In this document: piece by piece, positions 28,058-35,633 of the stretch | Layout: each line of letters starts with the position of its first letter | Numbering within the stretch: position 1 is the stretch's first letter | DNA from: a bacterium | GTDB lineage: Bacteria; Patescibacteriota; Saccharimonadia; CAILAD01; BJGX01 | NCBI GenBank assembly: GCA_037132395.1 | Contig: JBAXPC010000002.1 | Coordinates: 1-43,351 of the forward strand | Length of the DNA: 43,351 nt | Direction: 5' to 3' | Program-made: the position numbers and the translations under genes | Notes under the pieces: model-generated | Seen by the model: only the letters and a program-made list of their open reading frames with translations | Told to the model about the DNA's origin: nothing | Database searches by the model: none

Positions 28058-28380
28058 TTCACCCTCCTTGTTGTTGTTTATGTCTGTATCTAGTGTTACA
28101 AAGCTCTTGTGCTCCACTATATACAGGCTTTTAGTTATGGTCAACATGTTTTTTTTACTACACTATGGCTGGCTTATGGAATGGCCATAAATTACCAAAA
28201 ATACCAGCGTGGTTACGGACCCACATACGAAAACACCCCTCTTTGTCAACTCATCGGTCAATAAACTTTTCTTACTAACGATAATACGACAATATAAGCA
28301 TTGCCGTCTAGACTACCAAAAAGACGTATTTGGTGTTGTGGCTAGTAAAATTGGTCTAAAAATACTATAATACATCTGTT

Positions 28381-28455
28381 GGTCCCATCGTCTAACGGTT
28401 AGGACACCAGATTCTCAATCTGGCAATGCGGGTTCGATTCCCGCTGGGATCACCA
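28381..28455 (+). tRNA. tRNA-Glu (anticodon CTC), CCA encoded
   Basis: GGTCCCATCGTCTAACGGTTAGGACACCAGATTCTCAATCTGGCAATGCGGGTTCGATTCCCGCTGGGATCACCA folds as a cloverleaf. The anticodon stem is CCAGA/TCTGG and the loop is TTCTCAA. Confidence 0.9.
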
Positions 28456-28515
28456 GCTTAAATAGCAATTATATTGTAATATTATTTAAATAATATCATG
28501 GTAAAATACCATAAA

Positions 28516-29064
28516 ATGAACGAACACGTAGTTTTGGTAGACAATTCAAACCACGCAATCGGCACCGCCGATAAATACCAGGTTCACACCGGCAATACCC
28601 CCTTGCACCGTGGCTTTTCGTTGTTTATTTTTAATGCCCGTGGTGAGCTGCTACTGCAGCAACGCTCTCATAAAAAAATCGCCTGGCCCAATGTCTGGAG
28701 CAACTCTGTTTGCGGTCACCCAGCTAAAGACGAAACTGCCAAAGCTGCAGCTAAGCGGCGGGCCTACTATGAGCTGGGTATTGAGCTCAAGATAGCCAAT
28801 ATCAAAATGATGATCAAGGACTACCAATATCGATACGAGCATCAGGGAATTATTGAGAACGAAATCTGTCCTGTAATGGTGGCTTTTTATAATAGCGACG
28901 ATCAGCTACAGCCAAATCCCGATGAAGTAGCCGACTGCAAGTGGATAGCCTGGCAGTACTTTTTGGATCAGCTTGCTAAACCCAATAGCTACTCGGAGTG
29001 GTGTCAAGAAGAAGCCCTGCTGCTAGCTAGCTCCGAGAGGTTCAATAAGTTTCTTTTAGGGTAA
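28516..29064 (+). CDS. idi: Isopentenyl-diphosphate delta-isomerase, type 1 (Nudix fold)
   Basis: Collinear with E. coli Idi (HVVLVDN..., LHRGFSLFIFN, WPNVWSNSVCGHP, YELGIE). The alternative upstream ATG is at 28498. Confidence 0.88.
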   Translation: MNEHVVLVDNSNHAIGTADKYQVHTGNTPLHRGFSLFIFNARGELLLQQRSHKKIAWPNVWSNSVCGHPAKDETAKAAAKRRAYYELGIELKIANIKMMIKDYQYRYEHQGIIENEICPVMVAFYNSDDQLQPNPDEVADCKWIAWQYFLDQLAKPNSYSEWCQEEALLLASSERFNKFLLG

Positions 29065-29119
29065 ATAGCTATAGCACAGTTTGCCTTGTGGGTAGCTTAA
29101 GAGGTATCATTGAAAGGTA

Positions 29120-29752
29120 ATGCAAGAATTACTCAAAGCAACCCCTTTTATAGTTGGCGCTGCAATTAGCCCAGTGCTTTTGGTTATGACACTATTTATA
29201 CTATCCAGGCCAGTTGCACCAGCTAAAAAGAGCCTACTATTTTTGCTGGGCTCAGCGGTTACAATTACGCTAATTGGGACGATTATATTTTTTACCACCA
29301 CCATAAGACCCGACCCAAGCCCTGGCAAGGATTTACTACCGCACATTATTATTGGTTTATTGCTGTTATTTTTAGCATTTAATATTCTTCGCCAGGGCCC
29401 CGCCAAAGCCGAGAACAAGCCTCAAAAAAATGATAGCCCCATAAAATACCTAACACTTGGGGCAATCCTAATGCTGACCAACTTCACTACCATTGCGATG
29501 GTATTTGCACTAGCCCTGGAGCTACGATCCTCTAGTATCTTGGGTGCCGAAAAAATTATGTACTTGGCGGCCGTAATTATATTCGCATTGCTACCGATAA
29601 TTTTACCGCTCTTGGTTCTGGCCATAGCGGGCAAAAGGAGTGCCGATATCCTCGAAAAACTCTCCAGCTTTATGCAGCGCTACGCCCACATCGCAACGGC
29701 CGTCTTTTTTGCACTAATGGCTGTTTATGTACTACTTAAGCCGTTCTTGTAG
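29120..29752 (+). CDS. Integral membrane protein (GAP / Sap-like family, tentative)
   Basis: Six predicted TM helices. The N-terminus FIVGAAISPVLLVMTLFILSRP resembles the GAP family pattern. Confidence 0.45.
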   Translation: MQELLKATPFIVGAAISPVLLVMTLFILSRPVAPAKKSLLFLLGSAVTITLIGTIIFFTTTIRPDPSPGKDLLPHIIIGLLLLFLAFNILRQGPAKAENKPQKNDSPIKYLTLGAILMLTNFTTIAMVFALALELRSSSILGAEKIMYLAAVIIFALLPIILPLLVLAIAGKRSADILEKLSSFMQRYAHIATAVFFALMAVYVLLKPFL

Positions 29753-29870
29753 CGCTGTCACAACTACCTAGCCAGCGACTAGCGAGGGGCTGTCACAGCC
29801 TTGCTTTATGGTGCGTTATGATTACCGGTATAACATTTAAGATGCGCAACGAAAGGTAATATAAACAACT

Positions 29871-30263
29871 ATGAACAATACATCAAAACTAACAATCGCC
29901 TCAATCGCCACAGTAGCTCTGTTGGCCGGCGCTGCTGTGCCAGCATTGGCAGCTGTGCATATGCGCCCTAGCAATGTTCAGCGTAGTGGCGTCTCCGAAG
30001 AGACCAAGGCTGCAAGCTATAGCGATCGACAAGCACGAGTAGCCGACAAGCTAGACCGCGCCGTGCAAAGTGGCAAAATAACCGCCGATCAAAAAGCACA
30101 GATTATAGCTAAGCTAGCCGAAATGCACAGCTACCGGATGTCGTTAAAGGATTTGCCACAACCTGAACGCAAGCAGGCCATCAAATCCAAAAAGGCCGAG
30201 CTTAAGCAGTGGGCCATTGATAATGGCATCAACCTTAGGATGTTTGCCGGTGGACACAAATAA
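29871..30263 (+). CDS. Secreted helical hypothetical protein
   Basis: Signal peptide (LTIASIATVALLAGAAVPALAA) followed by a charged helical region. A strong terminator follows. Confidence 0.6.
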   Translation: MNNTSKLTIASIATVALLAGAAVPALAAVHMRPSNVQRSGVSEETKAASYSDRQARVADKLDRAVQSGKITADQKAQIIAKLAEMHSYRMSLKDLPQPERKQAIKSKKAELKQWAIDNGINLRMFAGGHK

Positions 30264-30291
30264 GTTTTAGCTATTAGATATAGCAGTTTTT

Positions 30292-30323
30292 AAAAAATCT
30301 AGCCCACAGAGGGCTAGTTTTTT
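30292..30323 (+). terminator. Rho-independent terminator
   Basis: CTAGCCC (30299-30305) pairs with GGGCTAG (30311-30317). It is flanked by an A-run and a T6 run. Confidence 0.7.
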
Positions 30324-30417
30324 ATGCTATGTCTAACCAATTCGAGAGAGGCGAAAATAAATAACAGCTACTTTGGCAAGATTATAATCTGGTTTGTTGG
30401 TGTCTGTGCGGTGGTTA

Positions 30418-30445
30418 TTGATTTGAGAGCTTTTTAGGCTATAAT
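30418..30445 (+). promoter_or_regulatory. Candidate sigma-70-type promoter (TTGATT-16 nt-TATAAT)
   Basis: Both hexamers were read directly. It lies about 45 nt upstream of the GGAGG/GTG start at 30489. Confidence 0.45.
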
Positions 30446-30488
30446 ATAGCTGTTCAGAGTTCGCCTAGACGAAACTGGAGGTATCAAA

Positions 30489-30719
30489 GTGTTGGAGCCG
30501 AATATGATTAGCCAGGCGGCACGCTATATCTACCCTGGATTAGTTTTGCCAGTCGTGCCTTATTGCGCTAGCGAAGGGCTTGATCCGAGTCTAGTGCCAC
30601 ACCAACTCGGTGCCATAGGCTTCGATTTTGTCAAAATCTTCCAGTTCGAAATCGAGCCAGGGTTTTGCTTCGAACACGTCTTGTCCTACGTAGAAAATCA
30701 CACTGGGGAGAAGAGATAA
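30489..30719 (+). CDS. Hypothetical protein, possibly the 5' half of a frameshifted gene
   Basis: GGAGGT lies 6 nt before GTG 30489. It overlaps the next ORF by 55 nt in a different frame. Confidence 0.4.
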   Translation: MLEPNMISQAARYIYPGLVLPVVPYCASEGLDPSLVPHQLGAIGFDFVKIFQFEIEPGFCFEHVLSYVENHTGEKR

Positions 30720-30889
30720 GTATCGATGACCTGACTAACTCACCCGAGCTTGCAAGCATCAAAGAGCTGGTTGAGACCAACAGATTCGTAATAACATCAT
30801 GGGGGGCATTGATACCCCTCTTTGAGGACGATATAGCCGTCCCATACCCAAATACTGTCGAGCTACCGCTCGATATGCGCCTAGATTAA
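30665..30889 (+). CDS. Hypothetical protein, possibly the 3' half of a frameshifted gene
   Basis: Frame -1 relative to 30489..30719. It has no Shine-Dalgarno of its own, and a terminator follows directly. Confidence 0.35.
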   Translation: MLRTRLVLRRKSHWGEEISIDDLTNSPELASIKELVETNRFVITSWGALIPLFEDDIAVPYPNTVELPLDMRLD

Positions 30890-30900
30890 TATTATTTACT

Positions 30901-30931
30901 TCGCTCTTATCTGTATTAAGGGCGATTTTTT
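30901..30931 (+). terminator. Rho-independent terminator
   Basis: TCGCTCTTA pairs with TAAGGGCGA (one G-U pair), 7-nt loop, then TTTTTT. Confidence 0.65.
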
Positions 30932-30951
30932 ATTTAAGGGCCTGAATAATT

Positions 30952-31275
30952 CTACTTATTTTTGAGTGCTTTTTTTTGGAGTCGTTTTTGGGCTGCAATG
31001 CGCACCAGAATATTGAGGCTGGCAGCAATAATACCAACGCCTATCAGCACATAAAATATCGTAAATAGCTTGGTGCCTGGTGTGGTGGGGTGAATATCGC
31101 CGTAACCCACGGTGGTAATAGTGATCACCGAAAAATAAACCGCGTCTATCCAGCTCAAGTGCAGGAACCTATGATAAAAGACTGATCCAGTAGCAATAAC
31201 AGATAAGGCTGTCAGCACCACCCACTTGAAGTGTAGGGCTGTATCAACTGCTTCAGACGATTTGTGTCTAGTCAT
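30952..31275 (-). CDS. Minimal two-TM potassium channel (KcsA-like pore, no RCK or ligand domain)
   Basis: Selectivity filter TTVGYGD is flanked by two TM helices. ATG 31275 lies 7 nt after TATAAT (31288-31283, minus strand). There is an alternative GTG at 31293. Confidence 0.85.
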   Translation of the reverse strand: MTRHKSSEAVDTALHFKWVVLTALSVIATGSVFYHRFLHLSWIDAVYFSVITITTVGYGDIHPTTPGTKLFTIFYVLIGVGIIAASLNILVRIAAQKRLQKKALKNK

Positions 31276-31357
31276 GACTATAATTATAACCACTAAGCAA
31301 CTTAAACACCAAATTATTCTTGCTCTATATATTAATTCTTATGCTAAAGTAAATCGT

Positions 31358-32140
31358 ATGAAACCCAAAACGAAACAAGGCAAGAAACTACAGAATTTTA
31401 ATATAATAATGGGCTGCATACACTTAGTCCAAGCTACAGTGATGCTATTTATCTTAAATTACAGCCTAAAAATACCTATTATCACTAGGTTTTTTGATCA
31501 GTCTCCCAACGGCAGCTTTACTGTATCTACTAAAGTTCTGATAGATGTCCCAATAGCAGTTGTAGCACCAGTATTCTTACTTATTTCGGCTCTTTTCCAT
31601 TTCATCATCTCGTCACCTTTTTATGTACGTCGCTATGAGGCGAATATAAAAAAGGGCTATAACCCTATGCGCTGGATCGAATATTCATTAAGTAGCTCAG
31701 TTATGTTGGTCGCGCTACTTATGATGGGTGGTATCAATGAACTCTCAAGTGTAGTGTTTGTTTTTACTCTAAACTTTTTGATGAACATGTGGGGGCTAGA
31801 GATGGAGCGTTACAACCAGCTCACCGAAAAGATCAAGTGGTTTCCGTACAACATGGGCGTAATCGCAGGTATAGTACCATGGATTATCGGTGGCCTATAC
31901 TTCTGGGTCAGCACCACCAATGTCGCCGACAGTATCCCTTGGTATGCCAAGCTAGGGTTCTTGATCACGTTCCTATTCTTCAATAGCTTCGCTATCAATA
32001 TGGTTCTTCAGTATCTCAAGGTAGGCCGCTGGAAGAATTACGTACATGGCGAACGCGCCTATATATGGCTTAGCCTGATAGCCAAAAGCTCACTAGCCTG
32101 GATTCTTGTGCTAGGAACCCTAAATATAGCAGCAAAATAG
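31358..32140 (+). CDS. Heliorhodopsin (7-TM retinal protein)
   Basis: Collinear with HeR-48C12 as recalled: KLQNFN, GCIHLVQ (His22), ISALFHFIIS (His81), RWIEYSLSSSVM (Glu108), IAGIVPWI, FFNSFA, GERAYIWLSLIAKSSLAW (Lys243). The ORF is open from 31226, but ATG 31358 fits the family N-terminus. Confidence 0.92.
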   Translation: MKPKTKQGKKLQNFNIIMGCIHLVQATVMLFILNYSLKIPIITRFFDQSPNGSFTVSTKVLIDVPIAVVAPVFLLISALFHFIISSPFYVRRYEANIKKGYNPMRWIEYSLSSSVMLVALLMMGGINELSSVVFVFTLNFLMNMWGLEMERYNQLTEKIKWFPYNMGVIAGIVPWIIGGLYFWVSTTNVADSIPWYAKLGFLITFLFFNSFAINMVLQYLKVGRWKNYVHGERAYIWLSLIAKSSLAWILVLGTLNIAAK

Positions 32141-32281
32141 CGTAATTTTTTGACTCTGTTACGGTGGGCGTTTATGAAATTAAAGCGATAATTATGAATG
32201 CTATAATTTGCCCTCAAGCCCAGAAGTTTTATCTTTAAATTGTCTTTAAAAAGTTCGGATATAACAATCAGTAAGCAATAA

Positions 32282-32728
32282 CTACTTTAGTGTGCCGATT
32301 TGGTAGCTAGCAAGAATACTATCGGCTCGACTAGAATGTCCGCTTTTCCGGCCACCCTTAGTATTGTAGGCGCTAGTAGCATCCTTACCACAATACATTA
32401 GTATTAGGTCAGCTCCGCCAGGGTGCTGATCGATGTAGGCTGTGATGTCGTAGATGTTAGAATTAATAATTAGCCAGCAATCCTTGTAAGATTTGTGCCC
32501 GGCTACTTCAGCTATTGAGTATGATTTAGGGCCTGAGCCTTGCGTTGTGGGGGATGTTTGATCATTAGAGGTAGCGCCGCCGGGCTCGCCAGTATTAGTA
32601 CCAGAGCCAGTGTTAATTCCAGCGGGCGTTGCAGATTCCTTGACTTGTTTATCAATAAAACCCCATATAAACATTGTGCCCATGGTTAGTACAAACAGCA
32701 TAAACACAATAGCAACTAGTTTTTTCAT
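32282..32728 (-). CDS. Membrane-anchored cytochrome b5-like heme-binding domain protein
   Basis: N-terminal TM, a Gly/Thr/Ser-rich linker, then HKSYKDCWLIINSNIYDITAYIDQHPGGADLILMYCGKDATSAYN. ATGA overlap with the upstream gene. Confidence 0.85.
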   Translation of the reverse strand: MKKLVAIVFMLFVLTMGTMFIWGFIDKQVKESATPAGINTGSGTNTGEPGGATSNDQTSPTTQGSGPKSYSIAEVAGHKSYKDCWLIINSNIYDITAYIDQHPGGADLILMYCGKDATSAYNTKGGRKSGHSSRADSILASYQIGTLK

Positions 32729-34038
32729 GCTAGGTAAAACTCCTCGGTGTTAATGTTTTTATTTATTACGCCCATGGCTTTTAGCTGTTCTTTAAGGTTG
32801 GTCATCATCAATTGAGGTCCGCAGATCATGAAACTTGCGCCTGTAAGATCGGAGCTAGTCTTAAAGATATAATCAGCCGTCAAGAAGCCATTGGTGTTAG
32901 CTGTAAACGGGATGATAGTTAGGTTCGTTTTGAATCTGGCTATTTGCTTGAGTTTGGGCAAGTAGGCTGCTTCTTGGGCGGTTTTTGTAGAGTAATACAG
33001 GTCGACCCTCTGGCTATCGTCTAGCGCTTCAGCCATCGCTACGAAGGGAGTTATGCCTATCCCACCAGCAACCCAAATCTGACGACGGTTCAATATTACT
33101 TTATTAGAGAATGTACCATAGGGGCCATCAACCTTGATTTTGAGACCGACCTTAGCCTCGGCCATAAGCTTTGTGTAGTCGCCTAATGATTTGATACCAA
33201 ATTTTATAGCTGGCTCACCAGTATCGGTGCTTGCACCGCTCATACTAAAGGGGTGTGACTGTCCGAGAACTCCATCGGCTTCAGCCTTTATAAAAGCAAA
33301 CTGGCCTGGTAAATACGCCATAGGCTTGCCAATTGGAGTCAGCTTTAACTCATAAATATCACCAAAACTCGTTACGCTAGCTAGGCTGTACTGATAGTAT
33401 TTCGAAAAGTTACCGTGAAAAATCGAACGGTAAACATATACAACTCCTGCCAAGATTATCAATCCAAAAATATAGGCTTGCAGAGCTAACAGCCCAGAGT
33501 TAATACCTAGGTCGCTTGAGCCTACAAATATGGCGTGTATGCCACCAAAGAACAATAAGAGACCCAGTAGTCGTTGGGCTAATACAAATCTTTCGTATTT
33601 GACGTTCATATAAAGTGTGACCAGCATCAAGGCCGACATACTAAATAGAGTTATCGAGCCTAGGGCAGAAAATGGCGAGGCAAAACTTGGTTTCAAAAAT
33701 TCAAAAGCTGCCATCGGTGACGAAAGAAAGTACCGATACGCTATTGCTACCGGATGAATTAGCAGTAAAATATAGGCTAACGAACCTATGATATGGTGCG
33801 CTCGGTAAGTATTGTCGAGGCCCATAAAGAGCTTGTTGTATATCTTAAGACGGGCACTCAAAATAACATTCCAGGCAAATAAAGACATTCCAGCCAGGCC
33901 GGCTAATCTACCGATGTTATCAAATATTAGCTTTGGTGTATTCCATTGTGATGGCATCGCAGCTAGCCACAAAGCAACGGGGATAATTGCGACCAAAATT
34001 GTTATAAGCCAGCCAAGGTTTGTGTATCGATTGCGCAT
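32725..34038 (-). CDS. Ferric-reductase/NOX-like flavocytochrome (6-TM heme domain plus FAD- and NAD(P)H-binding domains)
   Basis: TM His pair in HHIIGSLAYILLLIH, FAD motif HPFSMSG and NAD(P)H motif GGIGITPF. Confidence 0.85.
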   Translation of the reverse strand: MRNRYTNLGWLITILVAIIPVALWLAAMPSQWNTPKLIFDNIGRLAGLAGMSLFAWNVILSARLKIYNKLFMGLDNTYRAHHIIGSLAYILLLIHPVAIAYRYFLSSPMAAFEFLKPSFASPFSALGSITLFSMSALMLVTLYMNVKYERFVLAQRLLGLLLFFGGIHAIFVGSSDLGINSGLLALQAYIFGLIILAGVVYVYRSIFHGNFSKYYQYSLASVTSFGDIYELKLTPIGKPMAYLPGQFAFIKAEADGVLGQSHPFSMSGASTDTGEPAIKFGIKSLGDYTKLMAEAKVGLKIKVDGPYGTFSNKVILNRRQIWVAGGIGITPFVAMAEALDDSQRVDLYYSTKTAQEAAYLPKLKQIARFKTNLTIIPFTANTNGFLTADYIFKTSSDLTGASFMICGPQLMMTNLKEQLKAMGVINKNINTEEFYLA

Positions 34039-34212
34039 GTATTAGATCATTATATCAGATAGTAGCCTCTACCAACTACGGCTTTGGGGTGTATTGTTTA
34101 TCATATCGCTATTGCTTGGTGGTATAATTGTATTTGTATATTTTACAGACCTAAAGATGTAATAAGGATTGCTTTAGTAGAAAAATATAAACCAATCACA
34201 AAAGGAGTACCA

Positions 34213-34383
34213 AATGTTAGAAAGATTACGAAACTTTTACAATAAGAACCGCATATCTGGTCAAAAGGTCAATGCCGAGCAGAATATCAGCAAGGCCAGC
34301 CGCGACAAAGAAACTGAAGAAACCTCGGAAGAAGTTTATAGCACCAAACAGTCCGAAGAAGATAGAAAAAAACCTCAGCACTA
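34213..34383 (+). CDS. Small, highly charged hypothetical protein (56 aa, below the ORF-track cutoff)
   Basis: AAGGAG lies 6 nt before the ATG. Translation is MLERLRNFYNKNRISGQKVNAEQNISKASRDKETEETSEEVYSTKQSEEDRKKPQH*. Confidence 0.35.
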
Positions 34384-34485
34384 GCAAATGCCCTAAGCGA
34401 GCATTACAATTGACTTCTAAGCATATTTATGCTATTATATAGCTTCCAAAAAATCTTTGGATGTACCTACCATAGAGGTGATAAA

Positions 34486-34980
34486 GTGATAGACATCTAT
34501 GAGGCCATAAGAGAAAAGCAAGTAGTACGAAATTTCATCGTCTTTGTAGGCGAGGGAGTCGACTGGGAATCCTCGGTAACCGAGTTGGAAGCACTGCACG
34601 CCAGGGATATACCACCAAAGTTCGTCATGATCCCCAACTCAGACATACCGGGGATCGATGAGCACGGCGAGGATGGTCACCATGACATCTACGGTGCACT
34701 GTTCCACCACTTCGAGCTAACTGCAGCTCAGAAGAAGCTCTGGGAAGAAGGGCTGGTTGGTGACAAGGACTATGTCGACCCAGCCCAGCTGCTGAAAGCG
34801 GAACTGGACGCCAAGCATGGTATCGACCCGTTCAAGGTCTATGCCATGTCGTATCAGCCCCACGAGGGTTGCGACCATCTCGATGAGGAAGACGCCAATG
34901 GCGAATTCACCGACTGCATCGGTCAGTTCTTGACTCAAGTCTTCGCACTTGGCAATAGAATCAATGCCATTTCGGCATAG
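34486..34980 (+). CDS. Acidic His/Asp/Cys-rich hypothetical protein
   Basis: GAGGTG lies 5 nt before GTG 34486 (the ORF is open from ATG 34429). Has DEHGEDGHHDIYGALFHHFE and HEGCDHLDEEDANGEFTDC segments and its own terminator. Confidence 0.55.
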   Translation: MIDIYEAIREKQVVRNFIVFVGEGVDWESSVTELEALHARDIPPKFVMIPNSDIPGIDEHGEDGHHDIYGALFHHFELTAAQKKLWEEGLVGDKDYVDPAQLLKAELDAKHGIDPFKVYAMSYQPHEGCDHLDEEDANGEFTDCIGQFLTQVFALGNRINAISA

Positions 34981-35022
34981 AAGATTATTTAAGCAGTCTG
35001 GCAATAGCTAGAGTGCACCAAG

Positions 35023-35047
35023 CCACCCTGAAATATGGGTGGTTTTT
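35023..35047 (+). terminator. Rho-independent terminator
   Basis: CCACCC pairs with GGGTGG around an 8-nt loop, followed by TTTTT. Confidence 0.55.
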
Positions 35048-35144
35048 ATTTTACAAACAGAAGTAAGAGTATATAATACAGCTATCGAAACCCACAGCAC
35101 CTCATACAAAACAAATCACAAGCAACTGAGCCAAAGGAGGCGAT

Positions 35145-35477
35145 GTGTCTGGAGATTACAATAAAGCACTGCAGGCCTCTGAGGCCATCAGGGCGACCTA
35201 CACCCGTGAAAAGCTAAGTAAGAGCCCGACGCTGGTGGTCGAGTACTACCAAGCGCTCATTAAGCTCAGCGACAGCGGTGCACTAACGCCCAAGCAAGCC
35301 TGCTTTTTAATTGCCGATACGCTCGATCTGGAGTCAATTAGGCGCAATTACGACATCGAGTCTATTGCTATCGATGCTGGCTTACTTGAGCTTCCAGACA
35401 GGCATATCGATGGCGTGCCAGCCGAACGCTGGGAATTACTCAAAATCTGGATAGCCGAAATGCCATCCAATTATTAA
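35145..35477 (+). CDS. Hypothetical protein, member of a small paralog family (second copy at 43002)
   Basis: AAGGAGG lies before GTG 35145. It shares YYQxLIxL..G..T.K.A.[FY]LIADT...DAGxLELPxxHIxGxPAERxxxLxxWI with the ORF at 43002. Confidence 0.7.
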   Translation: MSGDYNKALQASEAIRATYTREKLSKSPTLVVEYYQALIKLSDSGALTPKQACFLIADTLDLESIRRNYDIESIAIDAGLLELPDRHIDGVPAERWELLKIWIAEMPSNY

Positions 35478-35508
35478 TAAGCTGGTTATAACGACCAGCT
35501 TATTTTAC
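35476..35508 (+). terminator. Rho-independent terminator
   Basis: Perfect 11-bp stem AATAAGCTGGT/ACCAGCTTATT with a 7-nt loop and a T-rich tail. It overlaps the stop codon. Confidence 0.7.
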
Positions 35509-35633
35509 TTATAGCTTTTCCTGAAGTAGCTATCAAGCTGCACAGAATCCCTTACTGCTTATGCATTTTCTATTGAATATCACATAAGCTGGTGCTAAGA
35601 TTTAAGTATGATAGTTAATACAAACCTACTCTG

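Noticed and set aside
28148-28380. Cobalamin or other riboswitch in the long nrdA leader
   Set aside because: I could not find a B12-box-like core or any other recognisable riboswitch consensus. Only short hairpins are present (TTATGG/CCATAA, ACCAAA/TTTGGT).
30950-32140. Horizontal acquisition of the heliorhodopsin/K+ channel locus, based on its apparent AT-richness
   Set aside because: Both genes encode membrane proteins rich in Phe, Ile and Leu codons, which lowers GC by itself. I also could not compute composition statistics, and no flanking repeats or mobility genes are present.
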